Below are positions 61,305 to 64,000 of a DNA stretch of 64,000 bases, in pieces. Position numbers and translations under genes: made by a program. Origin of the DNA: Polyangiaceae bacterium. GTDB taxonomy: Bacteria > Myxococcota_A > Polyangia > Polyangiales > Polyangiaceae. How positions within the stretch are numbered: the first letter of the stretch is position 1; every line of letters starts with the position of its first letter. The notes under the pieces are model-generated. The model was not told the origin of the DNA. It saw nothing but the letters and a program-made list of their open reading frames with translations, and made no database searches. The stretch spans positions 426,848 through 490,847 of the forward strand of contig JBNKBE010000001.1 in NCBI GenBank assembly GCA_050287085.1, read 5' to 3'.

Positions 61305-62447
61305 CGACTGGTGCGATGCGGCCGACGTGTCAAGCGCCCCCGGAGCCCCCGCCAATGCCACCAGCAATCGCCCTGCTGCCACCACCGCCCGGCTCATGCG
61401 CTCATAGTCGAGGTGGTCCGGCGTGTCGCGCGCCGTCCCTGCGTCTGCGGAGCGCAGCTGCAGCGTATCGGTCACCAGCAGTGCTGGATAGCCCGCGCCC
61501 ATGAAGTGGCGCAATTCGGCGCGCTGCAGGAAAGGCTCAGTCGGAGGCAAGACCCAACTCTTCGCGGGCAGGCTCGCTTGCTCAAAAACGGTTCCGGCCG
61601 CACTGGCCAGCTCCGCGCTGTCGGGGGTCGACACCAATGCGATGAAATTGCCAGGGCCCAGTTCCGCCAACCCCAGAGCCGCCAGCGCGTCGGGGCTCTG
61701 CTGACTGCCGGCCAGCTCCGAGTATGCACCAAGCCCGCGCAACTCGACGACGGCCGCAACGCGGCGCCCCGCCTGATTGTCGTCAGCCAATCCTTGCGCG
61801 TAGGCAAATGCGCCTTGCGCTTCCGGCGCAGCAGAGGGCCCCGCGGTCGACGTCAACACCAGGCGCAACTTGCGTGGAAGCGGCGTGTGAGCCAGCAGCT
61901 CGGCTAGAGCCACGATCGCCGCCGCGCCGCTTGCGCTGTCGTTGGCACCAGGCGAGCCAGAGGGGGACGCGAAGGTGGCGAATCCGATCACGACTTCGTC
62001 TCCTCGACGCCCTCCGCCTAGTTCGACTTCTAAGTTCTGGGCCACCTCATCGCCAAACGTGAAGCCGCGACGGCGTACGAGGAGTCCGCGCGCCTCCAGG
62101 CGCTGAGCCAAGTGGTCCGTGGCTTCCGCAACCAGCCATCCGTCGGCACTGCTTCGCTCCCCGATAGCTACGAGCTCGGTCACCTCGCGCTGGAGCATCG
62201 GAGCCAGCGCCGCCTCCTGTGGAGTCAAAGGCGGCAACGGAGCAACCCCGGAAGAAGGAGCTTCGGCCGCATCCCGTGTCCGCGGGCCAGGCGACAAGAG
62301 GCTGGCCCCTTCCGCCCCCGGCGACGCGACACCCGATGTTCCGCGAGCGCATCCAAGTCCCAGGACCAACACAATAGCCCCAGTCAAGGGGCCCGAGACA
62401 CGCGCGGGCCTGAACGAACAAAGGGACGCGGCCGGCTGTTGACTCAT
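61287..62447 (-). CDS. M28-peptidase-fold lipoprotein, metal ligands apparently lost
   Basis: LGLGC lipobox, IGER, NLEVE, SPGANDSASG, GYPALLVTDT, DTPDHLDY. Confidence 0.75.
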   Translation of the reverse strand: MSQQPAASLCSFRPARVSGPLTGAIVLVLGLGCARGTSGVASPGAEGASLLSPGPRTRDAAEAPSSGVAPLPPLTPQEAALAPMLQREVTELVAIGERSSADGWLVAEATDHLAQRLEARGLLVRRRGFTFGDEVAQNLEVELGGGRRGDEVVIGFATFASPSGSPGANDSASGAAAIVALAELLAHTPLPRKLRLVLTSTAGPSAAPEAQGAFAYAQGLADDNQAGRRVAAVVELRGLGAYSELAGSQQSPDALAALGLAELGPGNFIALVSTPDSAELASAAGTVFEQASLPAKSWVLPPTEPFLQRAELRHFMGAGYPALLVTDTLQLRSADAGTARDTPDHLDYERMSRAVVAAGRLLVALAGAPGALDTSAASHQSSPGSQ

Positions 62448-62568
62448 CAGGGCGTGAGACTAGTCTGACGCGTTCAACTTTGGGAAGTCCGAAGACCCCT
62501 CCCGCCGCCGCGGCTGCGCTCGGAGGGGACTGATACTCTTGCCCCCATCTGAAGAAAGCATCTGATCC

Positions 62569-63066
62569 GTGAGTGAAATCAAGCCTCTAGTTAGCATCAT
62601 CATGGGCTCCAAGAGCGATTGGCCCGTCATGGAGCACGCCTCCGCCACCCTCACTGAACTAGGAATCGCGCATGAGGTTCGCGTATTGTCAGCCCACCGC
62701 ACCCCCGCGGCCGCGGCCGAATACGTTTCAGGCCTTGCCGAGCGCGGCGTGGAAGCCCTGATCGCGGCGGCCGGCGCCGCGGCGCATCTTGCGGGTGTTG
62801 CGGCCGCTCACACGCACCTTCCGGTTCTGGGTGTACCTATGCAAAGCCCGGCACTTCAAGGCCTGGACTCACTGCTGTCGACGGTACAAATGCCCGCAGG
62901 TATCCCCGTAGCGACGTTCGCCATTGGCAAGCCTGGCGCGATCAACGCGGCCCTATTTGCCGGCGCCCAGCTCGCGCTGCGCCACCCCGAGGTCAGCGCC
63001 AAACTGCTAGCCTATCGCGCCGCGCAAACCGAGCAAGTGCTGGCCATCGGCGATCCACGGAACTGA
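62569..63066 (+). CDS. purE: N5-carboxyaminoimidazole ribonucleotide mutase
   Basis: IIMGSKSD, SAHRTP, AAHLAG, GLDSLLSTVQMPAGIPVATFAIG. Confidence 0.97.
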   Translation: MSEIKPLVSIIMGSKSDWPVMEHASATLTELGIAHEVRVLSAHRTPAAAAEYVSGLAERGVEALIAAAGAAAHLAGVAAAHTHLPVLGVPMQSPALQGLDSLLSTVQMPAGIPVATFAIGKPGAINAALFAGAQLALRHPEVSAKLLAYRAAQTEQVLAIGDPRN

Positions 63067-63184
63067 GGGGAGACGAGCAGGCGGCACCGGGCTTCGCTGG
63101 GTGCCGCTGCGCTCTCATCGTACCGAGTCGCGCCGCCCCGTCCCGAACGGTGCTGTCGTATGAGCGGCGGGCGTTGCACGCGCT

Positions 63185-63835
63185 CTAGAGCGACTTGAGT
63201 TCCTTCAGGAGTTGCGCCTGCGCTTCAGGCTCCAGCGTGCGGTAGTAGCCGCGGATCTGTCCCTGCGCATCGACTAGAACCAGATGCGAGCCGTGGGTGA
63301 TCCCGTAGTGCGGAGAGTTTTCGTCAAGCTTGCCGTCGAAAGCCATCTTGAACCCCTGCTCTGCCGTCCGCCGTACATCCTCGAGCTCGCCGGTGAGAAA
63401 GAACCAGTCATCGTGCCAAGCCCCGTGCTCACGAGCGTAGGCCTCCAACACGGACGGTGTATCGTTCTCCGGGTCAACGCTGAAGCTGACCCAGCGCAAC
63501 TCGATGCCCTCGGCGAGGGCGCGAGTCCGCAGCTCTTTCATCGCGGCTGTTATGCGAGGACAGATGCTCGGACAGCGCGTGAACATGAATGCCGCAACCC
63601 AGGGCTTGCCCGAAAACGTCGTATTCGACGCCGCCTGGGCCTTCTGATCTTTCATCGAGAACGCCGGCACCTGTCCCAGAACCGGCAACTCCGAACGACG
63701 CTCACATCCGGCAACGAGCCCCAGGAACAGAAAGACGAGGGCGAGTTGCCAGCGCGACACTCTTTGCGCCACAGACGTTGCCGGATCGTCGCGAGACGTG
63801 CGTCGCAGCCCCCTTTGCGGGATTGGATGGGCCAT
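63185..63835 (-). CDS. SCO1/SenC copper chaperone (lipoprotein)
   Basis: LVAGC lipobox, FTRCPSICP (CxxxC), SVDPENDTP, THGSH. Confidence 0.92.
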   Translation of the reverse strand: MAHPIPQRGLRRTSRDDPATSVAQRVSRWQLALVFLFLGLVAGCERRSELPVLGQVPAFSMKDQKAQAASNTTFSGKPWVAAFMFTRCPSICPRITAAMKELRTRALAEGIELRWVSFSVDPENDTPSVLEAYAREHGAWHDDWFFLTGELEDVRRTAEQGFKMAFDGKLDENSPHYGITHGSHLVLVDAQGQIRGYYRTLEPEAQAQLLKELKSL

Positions 63836-63934
63836 CTTGCGGGGTCTATTCGTCCCGTCGCGTAGTGTCACGGAAAAGCAGCTGCGCAAAAATGACGCAC
63901 GCTCGCGAGCGCAACCGCACAGACCCAGGGCTCC

Positions 63935-64000
63935 CCTCACTGCGCTTCAGAACCTCACTGCGCTTCAGAACCTCACTGCGCTTCAGAACCTCACTGCGCT
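63935..64000. repeat. 18-bp tandem repeat x3.7 or more (runs off window)
   Basis: Unit CCTCACTGCGCTTCAGAA. Confidence 0.9.

Noticed and set aside
62496..62530. CCCCTCC/GGAGGGG stem in the purE leader as a purine-related riboswitch
   Set aside because: A single short stem; no match to the purine, ZTP or PRPP aptamer consensus.

Overview
GC-rich bacterial chromosomal window. The gene style suggests Myxococcota, probably Polyangiaceae-like (inference from TonB-C/TBDR fusions, many Pro-rich lipoproteins, HDOD and VanW proteins). It holds about 47 CDS: a partial exported TldD, nucleoside phosphorylase, LysR-acnB, a porin, a truncated globin with a 2Fe-2S/FAD reductase, a FixL-like heme-PAS three-gene signalling cassette followed by a PhoU fusion, DsbA, FtsH, ClsB, an ABC exporter, narGHJI plus PPIase, MMPL, lnt, a GT4, a TonB-dependent receptor module, xylA, cobQ, purE and SCO. 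I found no rRNA, tRNA, transposase, integrase or cas genes. The most unusual feature is a non-coding array at about 59.23-59.67 kb. It has four co-varying GC-rich hairpins with CU-only (anti-Shine-Dalgarno-like, 'cuckoo'-like) loops, interspersed unique hairpins, a terminal palindrome, and a fifth mini-copy at about 57.99 kb. It is a candidate undescribed multi-hairpin sRNA system. Also notable: an O2/NO/nitrate gene set, several apparent pseudoenzymes, and recurrent 18-bp or gene-end tandem duplications. Start codons were refined by eye and are approximate.
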